NCBI GenBank assembly: GCA_951406725.2
Contig: OX597826.1
Coordinates: 62,496,001 to 62,560,000, forward strand
DNA from: Octopus vulgaris
Taxonomy: Eukaryota
Direction: 5' to 3'
Length of the DNA: 64,000 nucleotides
The translations under genes and the position numbers were made by a program. Of the stretch, positions 39,733 to 56,690 are shown piece by piece. How positions within the stretch are numbered: position 1 is the first letter of the stretch; every line of letters starts with the position of its first letter. Below the pieces are notes generated by a model, which did no database searches, was not told the DNA's origin, and was given only the letters and a program-made list of their open reading frames with translations.

Positions 39733-40577
39733 CGTTAGGGTATACAAAAGAAACCGGATTTTTGAAACATTTTATTCAGACGCGTTTTCTACTGTTGGAA
39801 GTAGTCCAGTATTTTGCCCTGACGGATTTTCTACTTTTGGAATTAGTTCTGTACCTCTTGCGAAGTGATACCTTTTATCGCCTCCAGTCATTTTCCTTCA
39901 CCTCTTCCACAGCTGCAAATGCCATAGCAACAGCTTTCGTCACTCGTGATGACGTTGGAATAAAGGTCCGGATCAACTTCCACATCTTTTTTCAGTCCAT
40001 GACACGAATTCAGTCTGGTCTGCATTTGCTCTTCCGTGATCAGGCGAGGTACACATATTGCTGCAAGTGTCTTCATTCGGAATTCCCCGCTCAAAATTCG
40101 TTGGCAAGAACTCCAGGACACACCACTTATATCATTAAGTTCATCAATTGTTCGCTGACGGTCCTCCCAGATCAGCTCATGAATTTTCATGATGTATTCA
40201 TTTGTTTAGGAGGTTAATGGTCACCCTGAAGAGGTGAGCCTTCAAGCGACAAGTGAACATTCCTAAAGCGTCAAAAAACGACTCGTAAACTTGTGTTTTG
40301 CGCATGGCAGACTCCTTGTAAGCTGTTTGAAGCATGACAACTGTTTCGACTGCCGTTTTCCCTAGCAAAAAACAGAATTTCATAGAATCTCAATGTTCCT
40401 TCGTTTCAACTATCGCAAAATCAAGGAACAGGGGGAAAAATACTGCAAAACAAAGACACTCCACTTGGGAATATGACCCCGCCTGGACATCTCCAGTCAG
40501 CCTCTAGCAGCGGAAGCCTGAACCACAGTAGGCTTGTTCCAAAGAGAACGTTTCCAGTTACTTTTGGATATACTTCG
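39733..40577 (-). mobile_element. Mariner DNA transposon, internally deleted, with a frameshifted transposase pseudogene
   Basis: Imperfect TIRs (TA|CGAAGTATATCCAAAAGTAACTGGA and TA|CGTTAGGGTATACAAAAGAAACCGGA) with TA target sites. Translations KFCFLLGKTAVETVVMLQTAYKESAMRKTQVYE (HTH) and EDRQRTIDEL...CVPRLITEEQ...VITSDESCCYG (WVPR-like motif and the first catalytic TGDESW-like motif). Confidence 0.92.
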
Positions 40578-40649
40578 TATATTAATACATTGGTATACCT
40601 ATATACGTGTATGCGTGTATATACATACATACATATGTGCATATATATG

Positions 40650-40767
<118 letters not shown>

Positions 40768-42734
40768 CATACACACACACACACATATATATGTATATAT
40801 GTATATATATGTGTGCATTATTCCTGTCTCTTTCTGAGTTTATGTGTATTCATTCGTTTATATCAAAATGATTGTTAACCATTTGAAAAGTTATTTGGAG
40901 GGTTTCGATCGATATAATGGGTGTTCTCCATCAGCCGTTTGAATGTACTACAAAAGTGCTCCTTTCTAATGGCCTTCAATAAATTCGTGCTTCAAACAAC
41001 CTAGAATTTTCTTGTCAAATTAAATATAAACATAAAACTAATACGAACAATGTAATCTGTAAGTTGTAGGAATTTCATGATAAAATTTTATATAATCACT
41101 GTTATCAATGGTATAATGCAAATAATTCTCCTTTACTGAAGATTGAATCTCAAGAAGAAACAAGCGAATATCAACGGAATCCTTAACAACAACGACGAAA
41201 TTCACAAAATAATCAACAATAACAACAACAACAAAGTAATAATAATAATAATGACAAAGAGGAGTGGGCGGAAGTAAGTAGAAGAGGAGGACAATGACGA
41301 TGACGTGTACAATGGTGGCACAGCGGACGTTGTTAACTATGATGATGGTGATGATGAAGACTATGATCGTAAACATAATAATTTTCAAGTAGCAACATCC
41401 ACGCCTTACACTTACCTCATTGTTCAAGGCACACCTTAGTAACAGCAACAACAACTACAATAATAATTTTCTTTTATATAATAATAATTCTTTCTTATTT
41501 AGGTACAGGGCCAGCAATGTTGAAGAGAGTTGTTTGATACTCTCGATCTCAGCATCTCGCTACAAATGAATACTAATGGGAAATAACCATGACATTTAGC
41601 TATGAAGATATCATATGGCTTATAGCTATAAAGCTTCACTGAAGGAGCCTCCACGAGTTCGTTTCATGTATATCAACCAAATATGTATATCAACCTTTCG
41701 TCTTATGGTGTAATAGGTTTAAATTATATCTATTTAACCTCTCAAATATATTGGAGCTTTACAGCTGGTGTACTTATTGTAGCTCCAATAAATCAGTGTT
41801 TATTTCGACTCTGCCTTCTGTTCCATATTTGTGTTATTCAGACATATTGGATACGATATATTCGTTGTGCAATTTAATGTTTTAAGACGCAGGTCGTAAA
41901 ACGGGAAAATGTGGCTGGTATTTCTGGTTCTACGTCACCAGCTAACGTTCCGACGACAGCTGGTGAGGTAATTAAATACTAGGATCAGTAAGTAAGATGT
42001 ACCATAATTTAATGTTAAATATTGTTAGAAAATGTTTTCAAAGGGCTAATTCAACAATACTCTATTGAAATATATGTACTCAGCAAGGTAAGTAATATAT
42101 TTTATATTTATCTTTAGAGAGTTTTGCATCATTTTGATTTCCATATCATTCTGTATTGCAGTATGTAATCAAATATTGTGGATATTGACGACCTTCAATA
42201 TGCAGTATCCTTTACAGAAATGGGAATTAATCAGCATTTTCGATTGCATCTAGATTGATTGCTAAAGTCGCTATCTCTTTCGTATAATTCTTACGGTTTA
42301 GATATCTTGTTCTTGAATTTAAAACCAAATGTATAGTTTATGAAATGATTTGTTGAAGTAGTCATGAGTCTACCAGTGGTCACAATACCTGTCAATATAT
42401 GCAGCATACAAGTGGTTACAGGGCGAAACCCCTGCATACATATACATACATACATGCATACATACATACACACACACACAAGTATATATATATGTATACA
42501 TACATGTATACATATATATATATACATACTTATATATGTATATATATGCACACGCATATATATATGTGGATATATATATGTATGTATATACATATATACA
42601 CACACATATATATGTATGTACATATATATATATATGTACATTTATATATATGTATATATTTATATATATATATATATGCATATATATATATGTATATATA
42701 TGCATATATATACATATATATAGATATGTATACG

Positions 42735-42770
<36 letters not shown>

Positions 42771-43157
42771 GATATATAGATATGTTTAATAATATCAAAG
42801 GGTAGGCTGAAACGTCAGAAATTTCCATTACCAGTAGCGTACCAATAGACTATATATTATTCATATAAATACAGTGTACATTTAAACGCACAAGAGGTAT
42901 CCATCACAGGACTGCCTGCACGCAAGAAGCTGCGCTTGCGTGGTAGATTTGAAAAATCAGAACGTATATGCACGGGGCATATACTGGATTGCCTCGTGTA
43001 TATATATTTAATCTAAGGTGTATCTGCTGAAAAAGGCTTCGCCTAGCAAATTATTTTATTTGCTAGGAGTTAGATGGTAAATGATTTTATTTTTCATTCC
43101 ATTCGAAATTTTATCCTTAATAGTGGTTTGTAATTTAACTGCCCTCTGTGTGTTTGT

Positions 43158-43205
<48 letters not shown>

Positions 43206-43604
43206 TTTCAGTTTATTTATTTATTCTTGTTGTATAAATCCAAAGCACTAAAATTATGTTCTCTTCACGTTTAAGAGTTTTGCGCATGTATTTATTTATG
43301 TATTTATTTTTTTTCAATCGATGTCTAAGTGATATTTCTATGACGCTCGAAGGCTATCAGGAATGATTTTAAGTCCTTCCAAATTTGTGCTTATATGAAT
43401 ATACTGTATAATTTGAAAATTTATTCAAGCTACAATATAAAAATCACTGTTATAATAGTTCGCCCTCAGAGAAAGGATGTTACAATGAGCCTCCGCTTTA
43501 TCAAGTATTATACCTTGTGAAAATATCGTCCTAACAATTAGCGTCAAAGAATATCAGACCATGAGAATAACACACTATAACGTCCTTTCCTCTCTGCACG
43601 TAAA

Positions 43605-43801
43605 GACAGATGAAATACCTATTTCTTTACTACCCACAAGGGGCTAAACACAGAGAAGACAAACAAGGACAAACAAACGGATTAAGTCGATTATATCGAC
43701 CCCAGTGCGTAAGGTGGAATTTGAACGCAGAATGTAGCGGCAGACGAAATACTGCTAAGCATTTCACCCGGCGTGCTAACCATTCTACCAGCTCGCCGCC
43801 T
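43605..43801 (-). mobile_element. SINE family B, internally deleted
   Basis: Head CCAGCTCGCCGCC and tail TATTTCTTTACTACCCACAAGGGGCTAAAC are present. The central domain is missing. Confidence 0.85.
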
Positions 43802-44755
43802 TTCATTGATTTATGAATTTTATGCAGACTGATTCTCTTCCTAGTGTTCATGAAATATACTAGAACAATAACTCTGGGATCATATAGAGTTCTCTAGAGA
43901 ACCAAGAGTTTCTTGAAAAGTTAAGTAACGAAACAAAAAGTACCATCGTTTTAAACTTCGGTTTGCTTAATAAGGAGATTCGAAACCGCCTTATGCAGCC
44001 ATGTTTGTCTTTTGGAATGGTGTGAAAGATATATTTTTCTAAACAGTATTTTATCACTTAGAACCCCTTTCATATCAACCCCTGTTGTTTTGTATGGCTC
44101 CGAAGCAGAAATCCTATATAGGCCGCACATAAAGATATTGTACCATGATGGTTCTTTCAGTCAATATGAGTAACTATGAGTTCTTCACTCAATTTATTTC
44201 TGCCTATCTATGAACACTAGCAACATTTATTTCACACAATACCGGTGTAAATAACGGCAAAACTCAAGTCTTTTGAAATAAACAGAGAACGGTGCAGGGA
44301 GCAATATGATCCTAGAAAAACTCTATCGGAAGGGTTAGAATCAGAAATGCCTTTGATCACATGTCTAATTCATAAGGACAGACCGAGGGCTAAGCAGAAA
44401 GCGCAACAAAAAAATTCCTACTAAAATGACTATAAATTCCAAAGTAAATATCACAATAGGAAACAGAAAAATCAATTAATATACCAACAAAAACATTGCC
44501 AACGAAAAAAACAAAAAAACATCTGTAGTAACCCCCATCATTTTAGCGACAGCAACGATAAGGACGGGTAAAGAAACTAAACAAGACAGGCCACTAATAA
44601 CGTAATAGAAGCATTTATAACCCTTTCAAGGTTTGAAATCAATAAATTTGTTGATTTCTTTCATCGTTCCTTCCATAATCTCATCGATTTACGCTCTCGA
44701 AATCCCACTTATCAATATCTAATGATAAATTTTGTCTTCGAAATATTCCCTCCCC

Positions 44756-44797
<42 letters not shown>

Positions 44798-44894
44798 ACA
44801 CATATATATATATATATACATATACATTCACACACACGCGCATATATATATATATACATACATATATATAATATACATACACACACACACACAT

Positions 44895-44940
<46 letters not shown>

Positions 44941-45616
44941 ATATATCTCCCTCCCTTCATATTTCTTTTTGTTCTCTCTCTCTCCCAATTTCTTGCATTT
45001 TCTATCTGTCACACACAGACACACACACAAACACTCTACCTCTCTGTCTATTTACCTATCAATTAATAACTATCTTCCTCTTTCAGTTTCTGTCACTCTT
45101 TTAAATTCAACCCTGCATTTTTAAAAAAATTCTTTCATTATTACACCCATGCGATTCCATACACACACATACGCACCCACACACGTACATTTCACCCATC
45201 CTTACTTTTCACAAACCCCGTACTTCTCGCCCTTGCAATATAGCTATTATCAAATTGTCATATGTGATTCTCAAACATACCTTATCATTAGGACGGCTTT
45301 CACGAAAGGAAATCAGAAATAAATTTTGCAGGATTGCTTTCCACATACACGTAAGTGTACGTGTGTGTGCGTGTGTGATTTAGTGTGTGTTTGTCCGTGT
45401 AAGTATGCATGTGTGTGTGAGTATATATGCGAGTATAGAGTAAGAAATACATATATAATATTATACATAATATAAAAGTATATATATCCATATATACATA
45501 TCTATACACACACACATATATATATATGTGTGTGTGTGTGTATGTAGTTATATATATTTATATGTATGTATATATATATTTATATATATGTATTTATATA
45601 TATGATAGATGCATAC

Positions 45617-45657
<41 letters not shown>

Positions 45658-45685
45658 AGATGCATACATGTATATACACATATAC

Positions 45686-45733
<48 letters not shown>

Positions 45734-46229
45734 ATACATACATATGTATATATGTATTCATGTATGTATCTATGTATGTGTGTGTGTGTGTTTGTGTGTG
45801 TGTATGTATGTATGTATACGTGTGTATGTGTGCATTCGCATACACACATACACATATATCTACCTACAACTTGCCCAGAAACGAAAACGTTAGAGACATG
45901 TAAGTATACACGAATGTATCCGTATTTGCGTGTATAGTGCATGTATTATCGATGTTTCTTTGTATATTTCTGAAGAATATGTGCGTGATCAAAGCTATAT
46001 TAATATCCACCATTTCTATATCTTAGCAAAGTGTAACACTGAAAGAACAATATCGCATAGCTTAATAATTCGCATTTCACTTTTGTTTTGTAATTTCAAT
46101 AAATTTAAACTTTTTTTTTTGCATTTTATTTTTTCTACATTTTTCCCCCCATATAATTTATTTTTTTCCGTACTTTTAAAACGCAATTTTCAAAGATTTA
46201 TTTCATAACAGCTACGCAGATAACAATTA

Positions 46230-46288
46230 CAGTAATAATAATAATAGCAACACTAATAAAAATATTTAATACAAATGATAATGACAGT

Positions 46289-46354
<66 letters not shown>

Positions 46355-46420
46355 CCTTATTTTTAATATTGTCATAGTTGTTATTATCTACACCATCAGC
46401 ATCATCATCAGCATCCTCAC

Positions 46421-46492
<72 letters not shown>

Positions 46493-46534
46493 CATTATTA
46501 TTATTAATATTATTATTATTATTATTATTATTAT

Positions 46535-46594
<60 letters not shown>

Positions 46595-46610
46595 CAGCAG
46601 TATTATCAGC
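46230..46610. repeat. (AAT)n ... (ATT)n(AGT)n trinucleotide field
   Basis: Read directly from the sequence. Confidence 0.95.
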
Positions 46611-47252
46611 TAATCCCCAAAGATGAAAAATTACGTTATAACGAATGCCAGCAGAAGAAGTCGACAACAACGATAAGAGCAAGAAAAACATGTCAGCCGT
46701 GAGAACATGAAGAGCCAAAAGAATATGGAAGCAAAGACAAAAATTAATATGACAATAATGATAATTTTATTACTATAGTATTGTGACTATTATTATTAAT
46801 GATAATAATAGCATGATGATGATGATGATGATGATTTTAAGAACAAAACAAGATTTCATGATTGAAATTATTTATTGCATTAAGAAGTTCTGTATTCATA
46901 CATTCAGATATGCATAAATACAAACATATATTAGATAATACAATATATTTATCTATAAATATATGTTATATATTATCATTATTATTATATATATGTGTGT
47001 GTATGTCTGTCTGTCTGTCTTTCTGACTGTCTATATCGGCAGAAACGAAACATCGGATATTAGATAATATATAGCTAGGCAGTGACTTGCGTTTCAAATA
47101 CTTGTAGGCATTTACCTATTTGTCTCTGTGTTTCTGTATGTATATATATATACATATTCCTACATATACGCATGTATGTATATATATATATATATACACA
47201 CATATAATTTTAATCATACATGTGCACACACATATATACACATATTCGTATA

Positions 47253-47337
<85 letters not shown>

Positions 47338-47508
47338 GATCGCACGCACAAACACACACATACACATATATATCCATATATATTTCTTATAAGTTTTTAT
47401 GTGCGTGTGTAGCAGTCCATATGTCTATCGATTTAGCATATATATTATTTCATTTTCTTTAAACTTCTTTGTTTTCGCTCACTTGCTTCCCTGTCTTTCT
47501 GTTTCTTC

Positions 47509-47569
<61 letters not shown>

Positions 47570-47749
47570 CAACCCTCTATCCTTCTTTCTCTACATCTGT
47601 CTTTTCTATAACCAATAATTATATATTCGATATGAAACTTCGTTAAATTGATATGGAAATTGAAATATTCGGGTGTGTATCGTCTTAGATGTTTTCGAAT
47701 CCCAACATTATATTGCAAATGTTCTGCACATACGGACAGAATGCATAAT

Positions 47750-48660
47750 CACAAGGACTTATATTAATGTAAAGCAGTTCACTAATAATGCTGGCATAGA
47801 TTTTATTTTCGATAAATGCGCAAAAGCAACTTTTAAATGGAGGAGGCGGATGATATTATAATCTATTCGGCTTAATCTAGATACAACCATAAATCTACTA
47901 TAGCTAAAACCAACTTATGAATAACTTGGCATGAGTGTGTGTGATGGTACCCAGCACGCACAAATGAAGGATAGGACTTGGAAGGCGTACTATGGTAGAG
48001 TAAATTTGTTCCCGAATACTAAACTGAACTTCAAGAAGTTCATAGGAGCTATTAACATTTTAGCTGTGCCTGTTGTACAATATTATTTCAATGACATCAG
48101 CTAGAACTTATTTGACCTACAAAGAATGGACACAAAAAGCAGGAAACTGCTAATGGACACTAAAATACCCCACCCAAAGGAATAAAGCCAAGGAATGAAG
48201 TTGGAAGTCGGTTGATCCAACTATAACCCTCATATAAAGTGGCTGCGATTGGTATGCAAAAATACTTCAGCAAAACCAATGACTGTATGAGGATATTGGT
48301 AAGAGAACATAATTCCTAGAAAGAAAATCCATTTAACAAACGCAGAATGTAGCGCAGAGTTGTAAAATTAAAGAAATAGAGTACGCTAACGGTCAACTTA
48401 TACCAACCAATCCATCCAAAACGAAAGCGAAAGTAGGATTTAAAAACTTGAAAGATAAATGCCAACTGAAACTTCTACATGGTCAATACCCACTCCGCAC
48501 GCAGGAATCGCGTATAGACCAATTACAAGCCTATCAGAAGGCAGAAATATCCGGATTCAGTTTTGCTTCTAAGGTCCAGAGTCAATGCAGAAAAAGTTAT
48601 CAAGCTAATAACCACAAATAATGGAGCATGCTCCTAGTGAAAATTCTGCGATGCCCATGA
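47750..48660 (+). mobile_element. R4/Dong-like non-LTR retrotransposon fragment (end of RT to CCHC region), degenerate
   Basis: Translations VKQFTNNAGIDFIFDKCAKATFK, AINILAVPVVQYYF..DLQRMDTKSRKLL..PHPK, KLLHGQYPLR and KAEISGFSFA..QS..RKSYQAN match the R4-clade pattern (FGLDKCA, AINTLAVPV, MHHPK, LHGQY, ETEGFI.AAQDQ). Many stops. Confidence 0.85.
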
Positions 48661-49559
48661 CTAAACAAGTACACGAGGATGACTGAAAAATTTATGCTAT
48701 TTTTTAGAACAGCGTAAATGGCTGAGAAATCCACAGACATTTGTGCAATTTATCTAATGCTCGAGCAGGATTAATTTAACCGATGCTCTTGCAAGGGGTT
48801 CCGTCACTCAAAGGACTTGGTTCCGCTCGAGGCTAAAATAATATACATTTGTTAAAGAAGTACCATTGTATATTGGACCGAACACGGAGCTTTACGGCGA
48901 TTAAGTTACCCTTTAAATAGCTATGTAGCAAGGGTTTTGGACTCACAATCGCGAACTCGAGGTTGCGATTCCAGGACCAGGTGGTGTGATGTGTTCTTGA
49001 TCAAAACAATTCACCTCACGTTGCTTTGCGATTGCGTCGAGCCCTAACGTGTAGTACACTTTCCAAAATCGATCCGGTGGAGGGACTGAGCTAATAAACA
49101 GCACATACGTCTGATCACTATTAACGAATTATTTGTGAAGGATGTTCGGCAAAACAGATGACACATTCGATAGAAGAAATGTGCAATATTTTTTACATTG
49201 CATTCACTAATTCAAAAGTATATTATTACAATTGAATGATTTCAAGATACAACAATATGTGTTCAAAATAGATTAACATAAAAAGTTATTTCGAAATGCT
49301 TTATTTATCATCCTGAAATACATAATTGGAAAAAAGACATAAATATTACGAAGAGCATAATTCGGAACCCCCTTCACTTATCAAAAACGTTCATTGCAAT
49401 ATACGTGAAATTGATTAAGGGCAATGTAAAAAGAAATAGGGCATTTTTTCTCTTCATTGTTATTTTGATATATCCTCGAATTATGTGAGATATTCTTAAT
49501 ATTTCTCTCTTTCTCTCTATCTACCTATCTATTTCTCTCTCTCCCTCTGTCTCTCTGTG

Positions 49560-49653
<94 letters not shown>

Positions 49654-49993
49654 GCTTTCTCTATCTCTCTCCGAATGTTTCTCTCTATACGTACATCTGC
49701 GTGTGTGTCTCTATGTTTCTTAAATCAAAAGTTGGCAATCTACAATGTGTTCCTCCCAGCGCTGGGCTATTCATGTCTTGCATAATTTTCAATATGATGG
49801 TAATCATATAGCTATCGTCGTTATAATAATGTTAGGTGAGAATTATTGAAACTTCTTCAGGAATTGAGTATATGAAATATCCCTATCCTCTTCAATTATT
49901 CAATCAAATATGCATACATGAATAATATAGCAACACACACAGAGACATAGACACACACTCGCGCACACATACACACACATATACATGTATATG

Positions 49994-50030
<37 letters not shown>

Positions 50031-50130
50031 ACAGGTATGTGTATATAGACAGACTGACAGACAGACAGACATACAGGCAGGCAGACTGACAGACAGATAT
50101 AGATAGATAGATAGATAGACAGACAGATAA

Positions 50131-50212
<82 letters not shown>

Positions 50213-51674
50213 TGTGTGGGTGTGGAGAAAGAGAGGGGATTGGAGAGGTAGACAGAAATAAAGGCTGACTCTGTTTTCGTTTCGTATCATTGCATTCTCA
50301 TGACGTGATATATTTATACGAATCTGCAACTTTACTTTCTCACCTTTTCCTATTTCGTGCACGAAGCATTTTTTCAGGCGATGGCATATATATGCGCTGG
50401 GTAAAATATTACTACTATCTTTGAAGTCATGACATCTGTTGGAAGTGTAGAATATACCTGGTGGATATTTTATTTACTTCGGGAAATTATATCTAATTGA
50501 AATATCCGTAAAGAAAATATGTTAGAATATATTCTGTCTCTTAAAATAGAATGATAGACTCACTTCAGCATTGTATAATCGCTACAAATATCTTCCTGAG
50601 ACTACAAAACTTCAATGACTTGCTACATCAATCGTCTAATATAACTGGGAGCTTAAAAGTAACGGAAACAACACCAAGTAAATAAAATGGATATTATTTA
50701 AAAGCTAAATCATACACAGCAGAGAATATAATATATAGCCTATTCCAGACAGTTAATTTCAGTATAAAACCTGTATGTATTGGGAGAGAAGAAGGAATAG
50801 CCTTTGCTAATTCAAGTAATATTTTTACGGGGCGTACGGGAAATATAATAATTACGATTTCTATCCGTAAAAGTACTTTTCATATATCTGTTATTACACG
50901 TGATGTTAGGCGTGGTGGCCTCTAGATGACCATTGATACAAATGTTAGTAATTATCCGCTCACAACGTGAAGCGAGATTAGGCGTATTCATATGAAATCA
51001 AGGAGTATGAATAGATATGAAAAATTCAGATATATAAGTATATATAATGTATATTCTTTTTCATTCTTATTATCTACCATATATTTTGGTTTACGGAAAT
51101 TTTGGGATACTTTTTGTTTACTTTTATTTGTATTATCAAAATGAGAGAATAAATTATAGCAATTTATTAAAACAGACTGCTTCTAATCAGTTGTTATATG
51201 CCCAAAGCAGGAAAAGGATATTTAGCTTGGAAAATAACGTTTACATTTATTATCATCTCGATGTAAATATTAAGAAGAAAATTTGGCTGCCTCCGAACAG
51301 GTACATCGCAATGATTATATATACCAATATCCATCAGTTTATTCAAATCGTCAATTTTAGCTTTTATAAATGCAAAACCATTTATCTTCATAGAAATATG
51401 GGGGTTTTGAAAATATGCTGTATACACATATATACATTTACACACATACACACACACACACATACCTTTACACACATACGCACACAACGATATATTTTCA
51501 TACATGTTTTATGTATAATTACACAAAAAAAAATATTGAACCTGAATTGAAATAACATTTGATATCAGCAGAGTAGAATATTTGCGTATTGTACGAGCAA
51601 AACTTTAGCACCAGCTTCGATGGTACGGCTACTGCGATCATCAAACGGCTATGTGAAACATATTTGTATATGTG

Positions 51675-51745
<71 letters not shown>

Positions 51746-51770
51746 GTATATATGTGTATGTATGTTTATT

Positions 51771-51875
<105 letters not shown>

Positions 51876-52112
51876 GTAATAATAATAATAATATGAGGGA
51901 ATATTATTCCAAACATACAGAGAAAACCTCGATTTAGAAATACTAAACGTTTATATTCTACCAAATATATAGGTTTTATTTATTATTTTGCTCATTACTT
52001 AATCATTGTTATATGTTTTATCTTATATTTAATCTTTCTATAATATGTAATTTTTCTGAAAGGTATAATTTAATTTTTCATTATTGAATTGATAAAAGGT
52101 GGATTTTTTCTC

Positions 52113-52190
<78 letters not shown>

Positions 52191-52668
52191 ATATAACGGG
52201 AAGCTTTATGAAAATAAACAAAAGACGAAGACAAGTGGAGTACAAACAAACAATTGTATTAGTATGGCGCTCAGGAATATAAATAAAAGAAGTGACCGGA
52301 ACACACACTCAGGCCATTGAGATAAAACTATGATTCTGAAAAAAATTAGAGTCGTTGGAACAGAGCTTTTCCAGTCACAAATTGATCATTTCTGCTGGAA
52401 GATGATAAGGCAAGACTCAGCTGATTTACTTGTATCGTTCCTTAATGGCCTAAGAAGTGTTTACCGTTAAAATGGATTGTCTTGATTTATCTGTGTGATT
52501 TTTTTATCATATAAAATATGATTAAATTTTTATTTGTGTAATTCCTTTATAATGTACAAAGTATTTTATCTCGGAAATATCTGAAAGACAACATACTATA
52601 CTAGCACCTATATATATATATATATATATATCTGCAGTTGCATCTCCCCTCTCTCCCTCTCTGGCTAC

Positions 52669-52735
<67 letters not shown>

Positions 52736-52737
52736 TA

Positions 52738-52990
52738 TAAAATATGAAATATCAACGAAAATGCACATTGCAAATAAGCCGGTGTTTTCAAAGCGATGAA
52801 TAGCTTTTTGCCGAAACCATGGTTCGCTTTGTTCTCTTACTTTATTATCATCTTATAATCATCTCATAATAATGACTTTTATGACTCTTATTACTACCTC
52901 AGTCCATCTAAATGTATATATTTGTCGTTACCTATCATAAACAGCCTTTTTTATCTGCAATGTGCATTTTCGTTGATTTTTCACATTTTA
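52738..52990. mobile_element. MITE-like element with ~40-bp terminal inverted repeats
   Basis: TAAAATATGAAATATCAACGAAAATGCACATTGCAAATAA versus TTATCTGCAATGTGCATTTTCGTTGATTTTTCACATTTTA. Confidence 0.65.
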
Positions 52991-53050
52991 CCCTTACATT
53001 TCAACGTGCATTTTATATTTTCTTTTTGTAACATATTTCTACTATATATG

Positions 53051-53292
<242 letters not shown>

Positions 53293-53547
53293 ATATATAT
53301 ATATATATAAATGTGGTGCGGGAGCATTCGTGCTTGTGTATATTTTTGTGTATGCGTTTACTTCCACACTACCACTTGACAAACGGTTTGGTAAAAGCGG
53401 ATCAGCAAATGCGACGATGGAGTAAGGCTTCACAAAGAAAGAAAATAAGTACTCAGGTCGATAAATTCGACTAAAATTCGTGAAGGTGGTGCCCCTGTAT
53501 GGTCGCAACCTAATGACCAAAACAAGGAAAAGAAACGTATATATGTA

Positions 53548-53734
53548 GGCGTAGGAGTGGCTGTGTCGTAAGTAGCTTGCTTACCAACCACATGGTTTCG
53601 AGTTCAGTCCCACTGCGTGACAACTTGAGAATGTGTCTTCTACTATAGACTTGGGCCGACCAAAGCCTTGTGAATGGATTTGGTAGACGAAAACTGAAAG
53701 AAGCCCGTCGTATATATGTATATATATGTGTGTT

Positions 53735-53794
<60 letters not shown>

Positions 53795-54010
53795 TGTGTG
53801 TGTGTATTTGTGTTTGCCCAACATCGCTTGACAACCGATGCTGGCGAGTTTAGGTCCCCGTAACTTAGCAGTTCGGGAAAAGAGTCCGATAGAATAGGTA
53901 CTAGGCTTACAAAGAATAAGCCCTGGGATCGATCTGCTCGACTGAAGGCGGTGCTCCAGCATGGCTGCAGTCAAATGACTGAAACAAGTAAGAGTTATAG
54001 AGTAAAAGAG
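53548..54010 (+). mobile_element. tRNA-derived SINE family A, full length, preceded by a degenerate 3' half at 53372-53535
   Basis: GGCGTAGGAGTGGCTGTG head, internal (TG)n, GACTGAAACAAGTAAGAG..AGTAAAAGAG tail. Confidence 0.9.
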
Positions 54011-54584
54011 AATATATATATGTACGCGCATATATGTACACGCGCACACACATATACACACACATACATACATACACACACACACATACACACACACACA
54101 CATACACACACACACACAGACACACACACACACATATACACATTCATACATATTTACAATATTTTCTCGTCCGTTTCGGTGGCTATCGGTTTCTTTGTTC
54201 AGGCGCACATTTGCTAAATGGTTCGAGAAGCTGTCATTCAATGATTACTTGGTAATGACCGGAAGAAGGTCAACAGTTAAGTGCGGTGTATGAATTGGCT
54301 TTTGTGAAAACGGAGAAAAACTGAAGATAAATATTTACGCAAATGTCTCTACATACATACATACATACAATCACACACACACACACACACACACATACAT
54401 ACACACAAATACACACATATATGTATGTATAGAAATATATGTATCAATGTATACACACACGCACAAACGCACACTCGCAAACATATATATATACATATAA
54501 TCATATGTATTGATATATATACATGTCTGCCTTTACACCTACATAATTACAAATACACACACACATATATGTATATACGTATAT

Positions 54585-54710
<126 letters not shown>

Positions 54711-55062
54711 GTGTGTATATGCGTGCAACAGTTTGTGCACATACTGTATATATTTCTATTGTTATGTGCATGTGTATGCCCATACATTTACATATACTAA
54801 TATAGCCTGGTATATAATGATGCTTACACAAATGAATAATTGAAAACCACATATAAGATATATGTACTCTGAAGAAAGACATCCATATTGCGGTTGGTTC
54901 TGTATGATATAACGGTATCTACACCCATACCCAAACACATACATCGCCTTTAACCAAATCAAAATGAAAATTTATTCCCGTCATGAATCACAACACATAT
55001 ACGAACACAAAACTCACGCATATACACTACACACACACACACATACACACACACAACCACAC

Positions 55063-55095
<33 letters not shown>

Positions 55096-55276
55096 AATGT
55101 GTTTAGCACAAACTAATATATTCCATCCATCTAAATCAGCCAATCAAACCATTTCTCTCCGTTTGACACTGTCTTTCTTCACACTCTCCCCCACTATCTC
55201 CTTCTCCTTCTTCTTCTCTCTTAGAAGACACAACTAATGTAATTAAATAACTCTGTCCTATACAATAATGACTCAG

Positions 55277-55277
<1 letters not shown>

Positions 55278-55351
<74 letters not shown>

Positions 55352-55394
55352 GTTGTTGTTGTTGTTGTTGTTATTATTATTATTATTATTATTA

Positions 55395-55428
<34 letters not shown>

Positions 55429-55660
55429 GTTCATTGCTGTTGTTGTTGTTACGTCAATGACCGACGTTGACCCAACATTTCAGATTATATAATTCAAGCT
55501 GTTTTTATAGTGTATGTATACATGTGTGTATGTCTGTGTATGTCTGTGTGTGTGTGTGTTTGTGTGTGTGTTTTTGTGTGTGTGTGTGGTTGTGTGTGTG
55601 TGGTTGTGTGTGTGTGTGTGTGGTTGTGTGCGTGTGTGTGTGTGTTTGCGTGTGTGTGTC
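55278..55660. repeat. (ATT)n/(GTT)n followed by (TG)n microsatellites
   Basis: Read directly from the sequence. Confidence 0.95.
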
Positions 55661-55675
55661 TCGAAGAGATGTATA

Positions 55676-56463
<788 letters not shown>

Positions 56464-56559
56464 GTTTTGAATAGAAAGAGGTTGCTCTTTTATAGGGGTG
56501 TATTTTATACACGCGTGCAGCGGTTTAGCTCCATATCGATTAATATACTTTGAATTCTC

Positions 56560-56690
56560 CAGGTCGACTTTGCCTGTTATCCTTTCAGGGTCAATAAATT
56601 AAGTACTGTGGTCGATCTAATCGACTGCTCGCCACCACTCACCCCCACAAAAAAATGTCGGGCCTTGAGCCTAAAGTAGAAAAGAATACA
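56560..56690 (+). mobile_element. SINE family B variant, 3' fragment
   Basis: AGGTCGACTTTGCCTGTTATCCTTTCAGGGTCAATAAATTAAGTAC. Confidence 0.7.

Noticed and set aside
42800-43070. GAAACGTC plus several small hairpins (CACGCAAG/CTTGCGTG, GTATATGC/GCATATAC, CCTAGCAAA/TTTGCTAGG)
   Set aside because: There is no 5' catalytic box, and the hairpins cannot be assigned to any RNA family by eye. Probably a repeat remnant.
51047-51550. 167-aa ORF
   Set aside because: It is AT-rich and low-complexity (I/Y/F/N-biased), ends in a (CA)n repeat and has no domain signature.
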